Shown here piece after piece: positions 49,540 to 58,790 of a stretch of DNA of 62,955 nt. Origin of the DNA: Coriobacteriia bacterium (GTDB lineage: Bacteria > Actinomycetota > Coriobacteriia > Coriobacteriales > UBA8131); assembly GCA_009784425.1 (NCBI GenBank), contig WRBR01000002.1, forward strand, positions 1 to 62,955, in the 5' to 3' direction. A program made the translations under genes and the position numbers. The notes under the pieces are model-generated. The model saw only the letters and a list, made by a program, of their open reading frames with translations. It was not told the origin of the DNA and searched no databases. Every line of letters begins with the position of its first letter. Position 1 is the stretch's first letter.

Positions 49540-51776
49540 TTAGAGCTTACTGGCTTTAAGCCGCAGCGCGTTGGTGAGCACCGAGAGCGAAGAGAGGCTC
49601 ATGGCTGCCGCTGCCAGCATGGGGCTCAGCAGGGGGCCGCCAAGGCGTAGAGCAAGCCGGCGGCAATGGGAATGCCCACCACGTTGTAGCCAAAAGCCCA
49701 AAAGAGGTTCTGCTTGATAGTGCGCATGGTTTTACGAGAGAGCTTTATGGCGGTAGGAACATCTTCAAGCGTGGAGTGCATCAACACAATGTCAGCGGAC
49801 TCTATGGCTACGTCGGTGCCGGCGCCAATGGCTATGCCAATGTTTGCCTGCACCAAGGCGGGGGCGTCATTGATGCCGTCTCCTACCATAGCAACTACCT
49901 TGCCGCTCTCTTGCAGGCGCTTGATTTCTGCGGCCTTGTCGCCCGGCAGCACCTCGGCCAGCACCGAGCTAATGCCTACACGCTCGGCAATCTCTCTGGC
50001 GGTGTCTGCGTTATCGCCGGTGAGCATGGTTGCCTCGATGCCCATCTCCTGCAGGTGTGCTACGGCGGCGGCACTGCTGGGCTTGAGCGTGTCGCGCACC
50101 AGAATCTGACCGGCGTACTCGTCGTTTACGTACACCTGCACACCGCGCCCAATAACCACCTTCTTGCCATCAACTACGCCCTCTACGCCTTGGCCGGGTT
50201 GTGCCTTGAAGTCTTCCACCGGCAGGTACTCCCCTTCATAGGCTGCAACCACAGCCTTGGCAATAGGATGCTCAGAATAGCGCTCAAGAGAAGCAGCAAG
50301 CTGAAGCAGGGTGGAACAGGGGGACGGGGTTAGTGTTCCAATTTGGCCCTTGGGCCAAATTGGAACACTAACCCCGTCCCCCTGTTCCACGGAAACTACT
50401 TCTGGTTGTCCTTCGGTGATGGTGCCGGTTTTGTCGAGCACTACTGTCTGGATCTTGCCGGCAGTCTCCAGAGCCTCGCCTCCCTTGATGAGGATCCCGA
50501 GCTCTGCGCCCTTGCCGGTGCCCACCATGATGGCAGTTGGCGTGGCAAGACCCAGAGCGCAGGGGCAGGCTATGACCAGCACGCTGATGAAAACAGTCAG
50601 GGCAAACTGCACGTCTCCCCCCGTTACGATGAGCCATAGAGCTCCAGCCAGCAGGGCTATACCGCAGACGATGGGCACAAAGATGCCCGCCACTACGTCA
50701 GCCAGTTTAGCAACGGGAGCTTTGCTGCCCTGGGCATCCTCAACCAGGCGGATAATCTGTGCCAGCGCCGTGTCTGCTCCCACCTTGGTTGCTTTGAAGG
50801 TCAGTGTGCCGGTTGTATTGAGTGAGGCTGCATACACCGTGCTGCCCACCTGCTTTTCCACGGGCATACTCTCCCCGGTAAGCATTGACTCGTCAAGGGC
50901 GCTGTGGCCACTTATCACCTCGCCGTCAACCGGAATAGACGCACCGGGCTTGATAAGAATGATGTCACCGGGCAGCACCTCGTCTACCGGAATCTCTCGC
51001 TCCTCTGTGTTGGAGCTGTCCTCAAGGGATGTAAACACCAGGGCCGTTTTTGGAGCCAAATCCATCAGAGCCATCAAGGCACCGGAGGTCTTGCCCTTGG
51101 CGCGTCCCTCAAGGTATTTACCCAGAAGCACCAAGGTGATAATGACACCGGCAGTTTCAAAGTAGAGAGATTCAACCGCCATATGATCGCCCATAACAAT
51201 GAGGGCCACGCTGTAAAGCGAGTAAAGAAAAGCAGCGCTGGTTCCAAGGGCAATAAGGCTGTCCATATTGGGACTCAAGCGCGCCAGGGAGGCAAAACCA
51301 ACCGTGTAAAAACGATACCCCACGCCAATTACCGGCAGCACCAAGGCCAACTGCGTGAGAGCATAGGCAAGCGAATGCTCCATAGGCTCGAGAAAGCTTG
51401 GAACAAGCACTGCAACGGGGCCACCCAACATTGGTGCCATAGCAAGGTAGAGCAAGGGCAAGGTAAAGCAGGCGGCAACAACAAACTTGAGCCAAAGCCT
51501 GCGCGCCTCCTCCTGTTTCTCAGCCTGCTTGGTACGAGAGGCGGCAAAGTCCTGTCTTGTGAGCGAGGCGCTAAAGCCTGTTTTATCCACGGCTGCAATC
51601 AAATCAGCCTCGGTCACTAACTCAGGGTCAAAGCGTATACCGGCCTTTTCCGTAGCAAGGTTAACGCTAGCCCTCTCAACACCTGCCAGAGCATTCAGCA
51701 CCTTCTCAACCCGCGAGCTACACGAGGCACAATGCATACCAGTGATATCAAGGTTTATGTAAGAAGTCTCCACCAT
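49540..51776 (-). pseudogene. copA: Cu(I)-translocating P1B-type ATPase with a 1-bp frameshift near the 3' end
   Basis: [42 protein letters not shown]; ORF stops at 49626 but the shifted frame continues [28 protein letters not shown] to TAA at 49540. Confidence 0.85.
50311..50390. repeat. Family-B palindrome in frame inside copA
   Basis: 39-bp perfect arms, TT loop; encodes [27 protein letters not shown]. Confidence 0.95.
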
Positions 51777-51804
51777 AACAACAGTATACTCCAGAGAGCC
51801 GGGT

Positions 51805-51990
51805 TGACTCACTGGGGACGGGGAAAGTGACTCACTCAGCAAGCTCGGCTGTTTGGCTTCTGTCTTGGGGGTGAGCGACTAGGCTAAGTTCCAAGCCTGC
51901 AAAAGCATGCTGGAGCGAGCCGGGGCCCCAAGACAGAAACAAATAGCCGAGCTTGCTGAGTGAGTCACTTTCCCCGTCCCCAGTGAGTCA
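51805..51990. repeat. Family-C long inverted-repeat element, copy 2, abutting the tRNA-Ser CCA end
   Basis: 46-bp perfect terminal inverted repeats TGACTCACTGGGGACGGGGAAAGTGACTCACTCAGCAAGCTCGGCT. Confidence 0.92.
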
Positions 51991-52083
51991 TGGCGGAGAG
52001 ACAGGGATTTGAACCCTGGTGCCCGGGGTTGCCGGACAAACGGTTTTCGAGACCGCCGCTTTCAGCCGCTCAGCCATCTCTCC
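51991..52083 (-). tRNA. tRNA-Ser (CGA)
   Basis: GGAGAGATGGCTGAG...GCGGT-CTCGAAA-ACCGT, long variable arm, GGTTCAAATCC, CCA end. Confidence 0.96.
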
Positions 52084-52187
52084 GCAGTTAGATAGCTAGG
52101 ATACCAGAAAACGCTCCGGAGCTCGATACGTCCCGGCCGGCAGAGGAGCCGGGGTGAGTAAGAACAAACGCCCCTGTTTCATAGCCT

Positions 52188-52259
52188 CTGGGTCCTTCGA
52201 CTACGCTCCGCTCCGCTCAGGATGACAGGGTGTGATGCTACGCTCCGCTCAGGATGACA
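52188..52259 (-). repeat. Family-A arm plus a second partial arm
   Basis: CTGGGTCCTTCGACTACGCTCCGCTCCGCTCAGGATGACAG followed by CTACGCTCCGCTCAGGATGACA. Confidence 0.85.
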
Positions 52260-52338
52260 TGAGCCAGAAGAACCGCCCCGCTGCTTCATCTGGTATGATT
52301 ACTTTACGCTTTTCAGGCACTTGAGCATGAGGTGAGAC

Positions 52339-54603
52339 ATGCCAGAAAGTTCTGAGACAAAAGGAACCTTTGCGCGCCTGGCAGGTCTTGGCGCTTTTGC
52401 TCACCTGACGGGGCTTGGAAACATCTCTTTGCGCCTGGGGCAAAACAGAACCATCAGGGGAGTCACCGAAGGTCTCATCAATCTGGTGCCGCTTGTGCTC
52501 ATAGGCACAATTTGTTTGGCCTTAACCAATCTTCCTATACCGGCAATACACGTTTTCCTTAACAGCATCACCGGCAACCACTGGACGCTCATCTCGGACA
52601 TGATCGTCTTTTCCACAGAGCACATCATTGGCTTGGCGGCACTGCTGTCGGTTTCATATGTCCTTGCGGGGCAGAGCAACTCCATTCAAAAACGCGAAAT
52701 CAGCAGCTTTATCCCCATGTTCACGGCGTTTTCTTGTTACGTGGTCTTGTTGGTTTGGGATCCGGTGAGCTATGCCCTGGTTCCTGAAGGCCAACCTCCG
52801 GAGGTGCTGTTCACCAACGCGGGGCAAAGAGGGGTCTTCTTTGCCCTGTTTGTAGCGGTGGTGGCAACCAAGCTTTTTGCCCTGTTTACCAGGCTCTGGC
52901 AAAAGCTACCTTGGTTCAGGCGGCGCATTGTTGGCAGTTACATCCTGCTGCGCAACGCTCTGCACACTGCTGCCCCCATACTGCTTACCCTGACCTGCTT
53001 CATCGTGCTGAGAATGCTGCTGGATTGGCTGTTCAGCACAACAGAGGTCCAGGCTTATCTGGGCAACCTCATTGCCTCCTTGGTCAACGATGGTCGCCTC
53101 CCCTTTGTCGTCATCACCATTTTGATTATGCAGATACTCTGGTTTTTTGGAGCTCATGGTTCTTACACCATCCAGACCCTTATGCCACATGTTGACACTG
53201 CCGCCACCGGCAATACTGTGCAGGCTCTGGCGGCGGGTGCCCCTGGTCCTACCACCGTATTCACCAACTGGGACTTTTACAACATCTTCATCGAGATGGG
53301 AGGCGCCGGCACCACAATGGCGTTGCTCATAGCACTCTTGCTCTTTGGCTCCAAAGGAAGAGGAAAGCGTCTGGGGCGTATATCGATATTCCCCGTGACC
53401 TTTAACATCAACGAGACTCTGCTCTTTGGCATTCCCATAGTGTTCAACCCCCTGATGCTCATACCCTTCATTCTTGCCCCCGTGACCGTAGCTTGCGTGT
53501 CATTTGGGGCAATTAGCCTGGGGGTTGTGCCGCCCATAATCAACTCGGTGGAGTGGACTACACCCATCCTCTTTTCTGGGTATCTGGCAACAGACTCCTT
53601 TGCCGGGCCCTTGCTTCAGGCGCTTTGCATTGGGCTCGCATTTTTGATCTACGCACCCTTTGTGCTTGCCGTGAGAATTGCCACCGACCGCCACCAGCTC
53701 GAACTCTTTGAGCGCTTCAAGAAAGAGGCACAAAACGCCGCCAACAACGAAACGGTCTCAGTATCCGGCAGGCACGACGACATCGGCACCATGGCAAACC
53801 AGTTTATCACCGAAATCAGCATGTCTTTTAGCAGCAACAACATCCCCCTCTGCTTGATGTACCAGCCCAAAACCGATAACCAAGGGAGGGCCGCCGGGGC
53901 AGAGGCGCTGCTGCGCTGGATGCATCCCATGTTTGGCCCCATACCGCCGGATATCCTCGTTGAGCTAGCCGACGAGGCAGACTTTTCTGCACCTCTCGGC
54001 AGATGGATTGCCACAGAGGCGCTCGAAGAGTTTGCGCGCTGGCAACAAAGTGGGCTTGAGCAGCTGGTTCTTTCCATCAACCTCAACCCTCGCCATGTTT
54101 TCATTGACGAGGAGTTTCCGGAGTTCTTACAAAAAGAGATGGAACGCCTTGGTGTTGAGCCCGGCCTCATTGACCTGGAGATCACCGAGCACATGGCGGT
54201 GGGCGCCAGCAAGGAGATGCTACTGCTGTTTCAGCAGCTACGCAATCTGGGCGTCAGGCTTTCCATTGATGACATGGGGATGGGGTATAGCTCGCTTACC
54301 TATATCAGTGATTTTGGCGCGAGTGTCATCAAGATTGATATCTCGCTCATCGACCAGGTAGCCACCGATGTCAAGCAGCAAGAAATCGTGCGCTCAATAA
54401 TCGACTTAGCTCGGCAGATAAACCTAACGGTCATTGTAGAAGGCGTTGAAACACAGGAACAGGTCAACGTGCTTGCTGGCCTTGGGTGCAATTATTTCCA
54501 GGGATTCTTCTTCTCAAAACCGCTCAGCCCTCAAGACTTCCTCGCTTATGTTGATGCCCACGGCACCACATTGCTCTTGCATGAAGGAACCCAGTCATCC
54601 TGA
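52339..54603 (+). CDS. PTS EIIC (lactose/cellobiose type) - EAL phosphodiesterase fusion
   Basis: LWFFGAHG, MGGAG, FNINETLLFGIPIVFNP, WTTP; then YQPK, EALLRW, INL, LEITE, IDDMGMGYSS, VEGVET, QGFFFSKP. Confidence 0.9.
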   Translation: MPESSETKGTFARLAGLGAFAHLTGLGNISLRLGQNRTIRGVTEGLINLVPLVLIGTICLALTNLPIPAIHVFLNSITGNHWTLISDMIVFSTEHIIGLAALLSVSYVLAGQSNSIQKREISSFIPMFTAFSCYVVLLVWDPVSYALVPEGQPPEVLFTNAGQRGVFFALFVAVVATKLFALFTRLWQKLPWFRRRIVGSYILLRNALHTAAPILLTLTCFIVLRMLLDWLFSTTEVQAYLGNLIASLVNDGRLPFVVITILIMQILWFFGAHGSYTIQTLMPHVDTAATGNTVQALAAGAPGPTTVFTNWDFYNIFIEMGGAGTTMALLIALLLFGSKGRGKRLGRISIFPVTFNINETLLFGIPIVFNPLMLIPFILAPVTVACVSFGAISLGVVPPIINSVEWTTPILFSGYLATDSFAGPLLQALCIGLAFLIYAPFVLAVRIATDRHQLELFERFKKEAQNAANNETVSVSGRHDDIGTMANQFITEISMSFSSNNIPLCLMYQPKTDNQGRAAGAEALLRWMHPMFGPIPPDILVELADEADFSAPLGRWIATEALEEFARWQQSGLEQLVLSINLNPRHVFIDEEFPEFLQKEMERLGVEPGLIDLEITEHMAVGASKEMLLLFQQLRNLGVRLSIDDMGMGYSSLTYISDFGASVIKIDISLIDQVATDVKQQEIVRSIIDLARQINLTVIVEGVETQEQVNVLAGLGCNYFQGFFFSKPLSPQDFLAYVDAHGTTLLLHEGTQSS

Positions 54604-54694
54604 GCGAAGCGCGCAGCGCGTAGCCGAAGAACCCAAGCAGTGAGTCGCAGCCTAGGTCCTTCGACTACGCGCTGCGCGCTTCGCTCAGGATGAC
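54594..54694. repeat. Family-A palindromic repeat, full doublet
   Basis: GTCATCCTGAGCGAAGCGCGCAGCGCGTAG / CTACGCGCTGCGCGCTTCGCTCAGGATGAC; supplies the TGA stop of the EAL gene; between convergent genes. Confidence 0.93.
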
Positions 54695-54699
54695 AGAAG

Positions 54700-56964
54700 T
54701 TAATCCAGCTGCTCTTCGATATCCAGTTCCATCAATGCAACGTTGTCGCGCAGCATCTTGGCGGTTTCTTCTGAGATTTTGCCGTCTTCGTACGCCTTCA
54801 AAATGGCCTTGCGCTCAAAGTCAAGAGCCCGAGCCTCTATGGCGATGGTCAGATACTGATCTCTGCGGATGTTTGCCGCCATGGTTCCGCTGCGCTCCCA
54901 GCGGCTTTCCAGGCGAGCGATGCGCTGGTTCATTTCATTCTTGATCAGGGCAACCGTATAGGCGGGAAACTCATCAGAGGGCTCAAGCTCGCCAAGCTTT
55001 TCCACTACATAGCGATAGTTGGCTAACTGCAAGGTATGAAGGTCAAACATGAGCACCATTCTGCCCTGCGGGCCCCCTGCCTTCTCTGCCTTTTGAAGGG
55101 TTCGGCGCGCTTTCCATTGATGGGTGAGCTGATTCATCATCGCCCGCACCTCCCATCTGAGCGTATGCTGATAGTCGGCGCGCGCCAGCTGTCGGCTCAA
55201 AACACTGATGTTGTAATAAGCCGTAAGACCGCCCACCTTTTCCAGGTCGGTGAGGCGCTGGGTGTTTTCTAACTGCAGCTCAATGACATACTTGCGCACC
55301 TGAGTTTCATTGGGCAGCCTCAAGCTGTTGTTGATCTTAAGCGTCTCGATACGCTGGTAATACTGGCGCACAACCCCACTTACAGCAGACCGCTCATTTG
55401 CCTCAGCGGTTTCGGTGAGCTCTGAGATGACTTTTCGGTAGATATCAAGGGTGGCGTTGAGCTCAGAGGTTTTTTGGCGGGCCTGCTTTCTCTTGGGTGC
55501 AATGAGAGGCACGAGGATATTAGCCAAAAGCAGGGATAACAAGATAACGCCACTGGCCAAGAAGATGAGCAGGTCGCGCTCCGGAAACGGCTCTGCGCCA
55601 CCAATGGTCATGGGAACCGAAAGTATAATTGCCAAGGTGATGGCACCCTTGACACCAGAAAGCGAAAGCACCAAGGAGTCAACTAGATGGAGCTTCCAGT
55701 ATTGCTTGTCTAAACGGGCTTGTTTCTTACTGGTTTTGCGAGCTTCTTTGCGAGCGAGCCTGCGTTCGCTCCGCGCCTTTTTGAGCTCTAGTCTCTCAAA
55801 TGCCAGGTGCTTCTCGAGTGCAGCCTCATGCTCAGCAATAGTCATCTCACCAAAATTTGGAGAAAGGAGCGCCTTGTCCTCATCATCCTCTTCATCAAAG
55901 CCCTCTCCACTGCCTGTTTTAAAGGCAGATTCTGCGTTGGTCTCGCGCAGATTGACATTGCGGCGCATGAAAAACAACCAGAAAAAGCGTAACACCAAGA
56001 TGAACGCCAGGATAAAGACCACAAAGAGAAGCAGGTAATTGGTGTTGGCCGCCGTGCCGGTCCAAACGCGCTCCACCACATAGGGCAGCTGGGTGCCCAG
56101 GATTAAGAACACCAGGCCATTGAGGGTAAAGTCAATCACCGACCACGCGCTGGTAGACACCACATTGAGGCGCGCTGAAGAAGGCGCAATGGCGCGGGGC
56201 TCAAAGCTGTGCGCTATGCCCGCAGCAACTACGGCGATGATGCCGCTTACGCCAACTGCCTCGGCCAACAGGTAAACGAGAAAGGGCGTAATGATTTCAA
56301 AGAGCACATGAAAAGAAACGCTTTCCATGCCGCGTGAGCGCAAGAAGCGAATCAAACCGTAGCGAACAAGCATCACCACAACGCCCAGCACCATGCCGCC
56401 GAGGAACTTTATGAGAAAGACCCCTTCGGCCTCCCAAACAGAAAAGGTGCCGGTAATAACCGCGGCAATAGCAAAATTAAAGGAAACGATAGACGAGGCG
56501 TCATTAAGGAGCGCTTCTCCCTGGAGCAGTTTGTTTTGCTCACTTGAGATCTTTGCGTTTTTTCTGAGCGAGGCTACTGAGACAGCATCGGTTGGCGCCA
56601 GCGCGGCCGCAAGGGCAAAAGCCGCGGCAAGCGGTATGGACGGAGCAAAGAGGTTAACAGCAAAGCCGAGGAGCAGCACCGTGCAAAACACCAGGCCAAG
56701 CGCCAAGAGCAACACGGGGTATTTGAGCCGCCAGAGCGCCTGCTTGTTCATTCTGCGAGCGTCGGCAAAAAGCAGGGGGGCAATGAAGACCACCATAAAG
56801 AGCTCCGGGTTGAGATGCATCTCAAAGCTCAGCGGCAAGAGTGTGAGCACGATACCCGTGGCAATTTGAACCAAGGGCGTAGGAAGGCGAGGAAAGCGAG
56901 CCCCGACAAAACTGGATGCAAGCACCGCCACCAGTAAAATCAGTATGAACTCAAAATCATGCAT
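54700..56964 (-). CDS. CPA1-family Na+(K+)/H+ antiporter
   Basis: FIAPLLF, LAPTDAVSV, GEALLNDAS, SGIIAVV, GVKGAITLA; long cytoplasmic C-terminus. Confidence 0.92.
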   Translation of the reverse strand: MHDFEFILILLVAVLASSFVGARFPRLPTPLVQIATGIVLTLLPLSFEMHLNPELFMVVFIAPLLFADARRMNKQALWRLKYPVLLLALGLVFCTVLLLGFAVNLFAPSIPLAAAFALAAALAPTDAVSVASLRKNAKISSEQNKLLQGEALLNDASSIVSFNFAIAAVITGTFSVWEAEGVFLIKFLGGMVLGVVVMLVRYGLIRFLRSRGMESVSFHVLFEIITPFLVYLLAEAVGVSGIIAVVAAGIAHSFEPRAIAPSSARLNVVSTSAWSVIDFTLNGLVFLILGTQLPYVVERVWTGTAANTNYLLLFVVFILAFILVLRFFWLFFMRRNVNLRETNAESAFKTGSGEGFDEEDDEDKALLSPNFGEMTIAEHEAALEKHLAFERLELKKARSERRLARKEARKTSKKQARLDKQYWKLHLVDSLVLSLSGVKGAITLAIILSVPMTIGGAEPFPERDLLIFLASGVILLSLLLANILVPLIAPKRKQARQKTSELNATLDIYRKVISELTETAEANERSAVSGVVRQYYQRIETLKINNSLRLPNETQVRKYVIELQLENTQRLTDLEKVGGLTAYYNISVLSRQLARADYQHTLRWEVRAMMNQLTHQWKARRTLQKAEKAGGPQGRMVLMFDLHTLQLANYRYVVEKLGELEPSDEFPAYTVALIKNEMNQRIARLESRWERSGTMAANIRRDQYLTIAIEARALDFERKAILKAYEDGKISEETAKMLRDNVALMELDIEEQLD

Positions 56965-56971
56965 CCAAAAA

Positions 56972-57074
56972 TTGTACCGTAATTAACTGCAGGGCTTCTC
57001 GGGCGGATAAGTGGTGTGTTGCGTTGTACGTAATTAACTGCAGGGCCTCTCGGGCGGATAAGCGGTGTGTTGCG
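56972..57074. repeat. Tandem duplication (52 + 51 bp) upstream of the antiporter
   Basis: TTGTAC(C)GTAATTAACTGCAGGGCYTCTCGGGCGGATAAGYGGTGTGTTGCG twice. Confidence 0.92.
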
Positions 57075-57080
57075 AAGGGC

Positions 57081-57286
57081 TTGGCAGCTTTTCAGCAATT
57101 TTTGTGCAGAAATTGCGTTTGTCTATATCAGAAGGGGGCTATTTTGTGCTTTTTAGCCCAAAACACCCCATAGATGCACCGTTTTTATCCCATCCGGCAG
57201 CCGATTCGGCAACATTTGTGCTAGAACAGCCCCTCAGAAGATAGACAAGCGCAATTTCTGCACAAAAACTCGGCAAATCCTGCCAA
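57081..57286. repeat. MITE-like inverted-repeat element
   Basis: 28-bp arms at 57099-57126 and 57241-57268 (27/28 complementary) with outer TTGGCAG/CTGCCAA. Confidence 0.75.
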
Positions 57287-57349
57287 ACGGTGACTTTGTG
57301 ACTGCTGGTCGTGACTGCTGGCTGCGGTGCAACTCGCGGAGCAACTGTG

Positions 57350-58558
57350 TTAGATGCGGAGAATCTCAATTACGTGTCTATAGCGCTTTCGGTTATAAAT
57401 CACCGGAACAGGGTAGAGGGGGTTGGCCTCTTTGAGGGCCCAGGTAATCATCTGCTCTATATCTTCGTCTTTGATGAAATCAAAACCTGCAGGGATTTGC
57501 ATGCGCTCGTTGAGGTCTCTGATGTATTGAATGAAGGCTTTTGCAGCCACGTCGTCTGGCGTGGAGTCCTCAGCGATGCCGGAGGTTCTGGCAAAAATAG
57601 CGAGTTTTTTATACACCTTAGAGCCATAATCTTCCAGCACAATGGGCATGACCACTGCATTGGCCAACCCGTGTGGCGTGTTGTAAATCCCGCCCAGGGC
57701 ATGGGCTAGGGCGTGTATGTTGCCTACGCCGGATCGGGTAAAGGCAAAGCCTGCCTTGTAGGCAGCATCGAGCATTTGGCCGCGAGCCTCTACGTCGCTG
57801 CCATCTGCATAGACCTTGGGGAGATTCACCGCTATCTTTGCTGTGGCATCCAGGGCAAATCGTTTGCTTTCGGCGGTATTGTAGGTCCAGCAGAGATAGG
57901 CCTCCACCGCGTGAGTCAGGGCATCCATGCCGGTGGTAGAGGTGATGTGAGGCGGCAGGCCCAGGGTTAGCTCCGGGTCAAGGATGGCAAAATGCGCAAT
58001 GAGAGGCATAGACATGATGCCATACTTGTGACGTGTTTTTGAGTCGGTTATCAACGCGGCTACGGTGGTCTCCGAGCCGGTTCCGGCTGTTGTAGGAACA
58101 GCGATAAAGGGGTCGAGCTTTTTGCGAACCTTCAAAATACCTTTGAGTTGCTTAAGCGTTTTATGGGGATACTTGACTTGAGCAGCAGTGGCCTTAGCCG
58201 CATCCATTGATGAGCCCCCGCCTATGGCAACAAAGCCGTTGCAGTCACTACTTTTGTAGAGCTCGTATATCTCGCCTACGGTGTCAGTTGTGGGGTTTGG
58301 CTGCACATCGCTGTAGAGTTCATACGGCATCCCGGCATCTTCAAGCACCTTGATAACACGGGGTGCCACACCTGCGGCCATCAAGCCCGGATCGGTGACC
58401 ACCATCACCTTGGTCACCCCTTCATCGGTGAGGATGGCAGGGATTTTTTGGATGGCACCAGCACCCTCAATAGGGAGAGCCTTGCGCCACGGCAAGAACT
58501 TCATCGCATAGTTAAAGACAAACTGAAAGGTTCTGTACCAAGCATTGACAGCAGACAT
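57350..58558 (-). CDS. Iron-containing alcohol dehydrogenase
   Basis: GGGSSMD, PTTAGTGSE, GMDALTHAVE, HALAHALG...HGLANA. Confidence 0.93.
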   Translation of the reverse strand: MSAVNAWYRTFQFVFNYAMKFLPWRKALPIEGAGAIQKIPAILTDEGVTKVMVVTDPGLMAAGVAPRVIKVLEDAGMPYELYSDVQPNPTTDTVGEIYELYKSSDCNGFVAIGGGSSMDAAKATAAQVKYPHKTLKQLKGILKVRKKLDPFIAVPTTAGTGSETTVAALITDSKTRHKYGIMSMPLIAHFAILDPELTLGLPPHITSTTGMDALTHAVEAYLCWTYNTAESKRFALDATAKIAVNLPKVYADGSDVEARGQMLDAAYKAGFAFTRSGVGNIHALAHALGGIYNTPHGLANAVVMPIVLEDYGSKVYKKLAIFARTSGIAEDSTPDDVAAKAFIQYIRDLNERMQIPAGFDFIKDEDIEQMITWALKEANPLYPVPVIYNRKRYRHVIEILRI

Positions 58559-58671
58559 GAGAGGATCTCCCTTCAATAGAACACCCAAAAAAAGTATAGC
58601 ACTCTCAGCAGGAGGGCAGAGGACGGGCGAAGAGACTGGAGAATACAGGGGGAGACAGGGGGACTAACTTT

Positions 58672-58772
58672 CTGTCACCCTGAGCGTAGTGAAGCGAAGC
58701 CGAAGGGCCTAGCCAGCGACTCGCTGCCTGGGTCCTTCGACTACGCGCTACGCGCTTCGCTCAGGATGACAG
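58672..58772. repeat. Family-A palindromic repeat, full doublet
   Basis: CTGTCACCCTGAGCG.../...CGCTCAGGATGACAG; preceded by a degenerate GACAGGGGGACT...CTGTC unit at 58654-58676. Confidence 0.9.
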
Positions 58773-58790
58773 GGTTTGTTATATTCTGAG

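Noticed and set aside
1673-56869. Long antisense or overlapping ORFs (e.g. 1673-2578, 34099-34962, 37647-38636, 47898-48923, 50311-51165)
   Set aside because: Shadow frames of well-supported genes in GC-rich DNA with no recognisable motifs.
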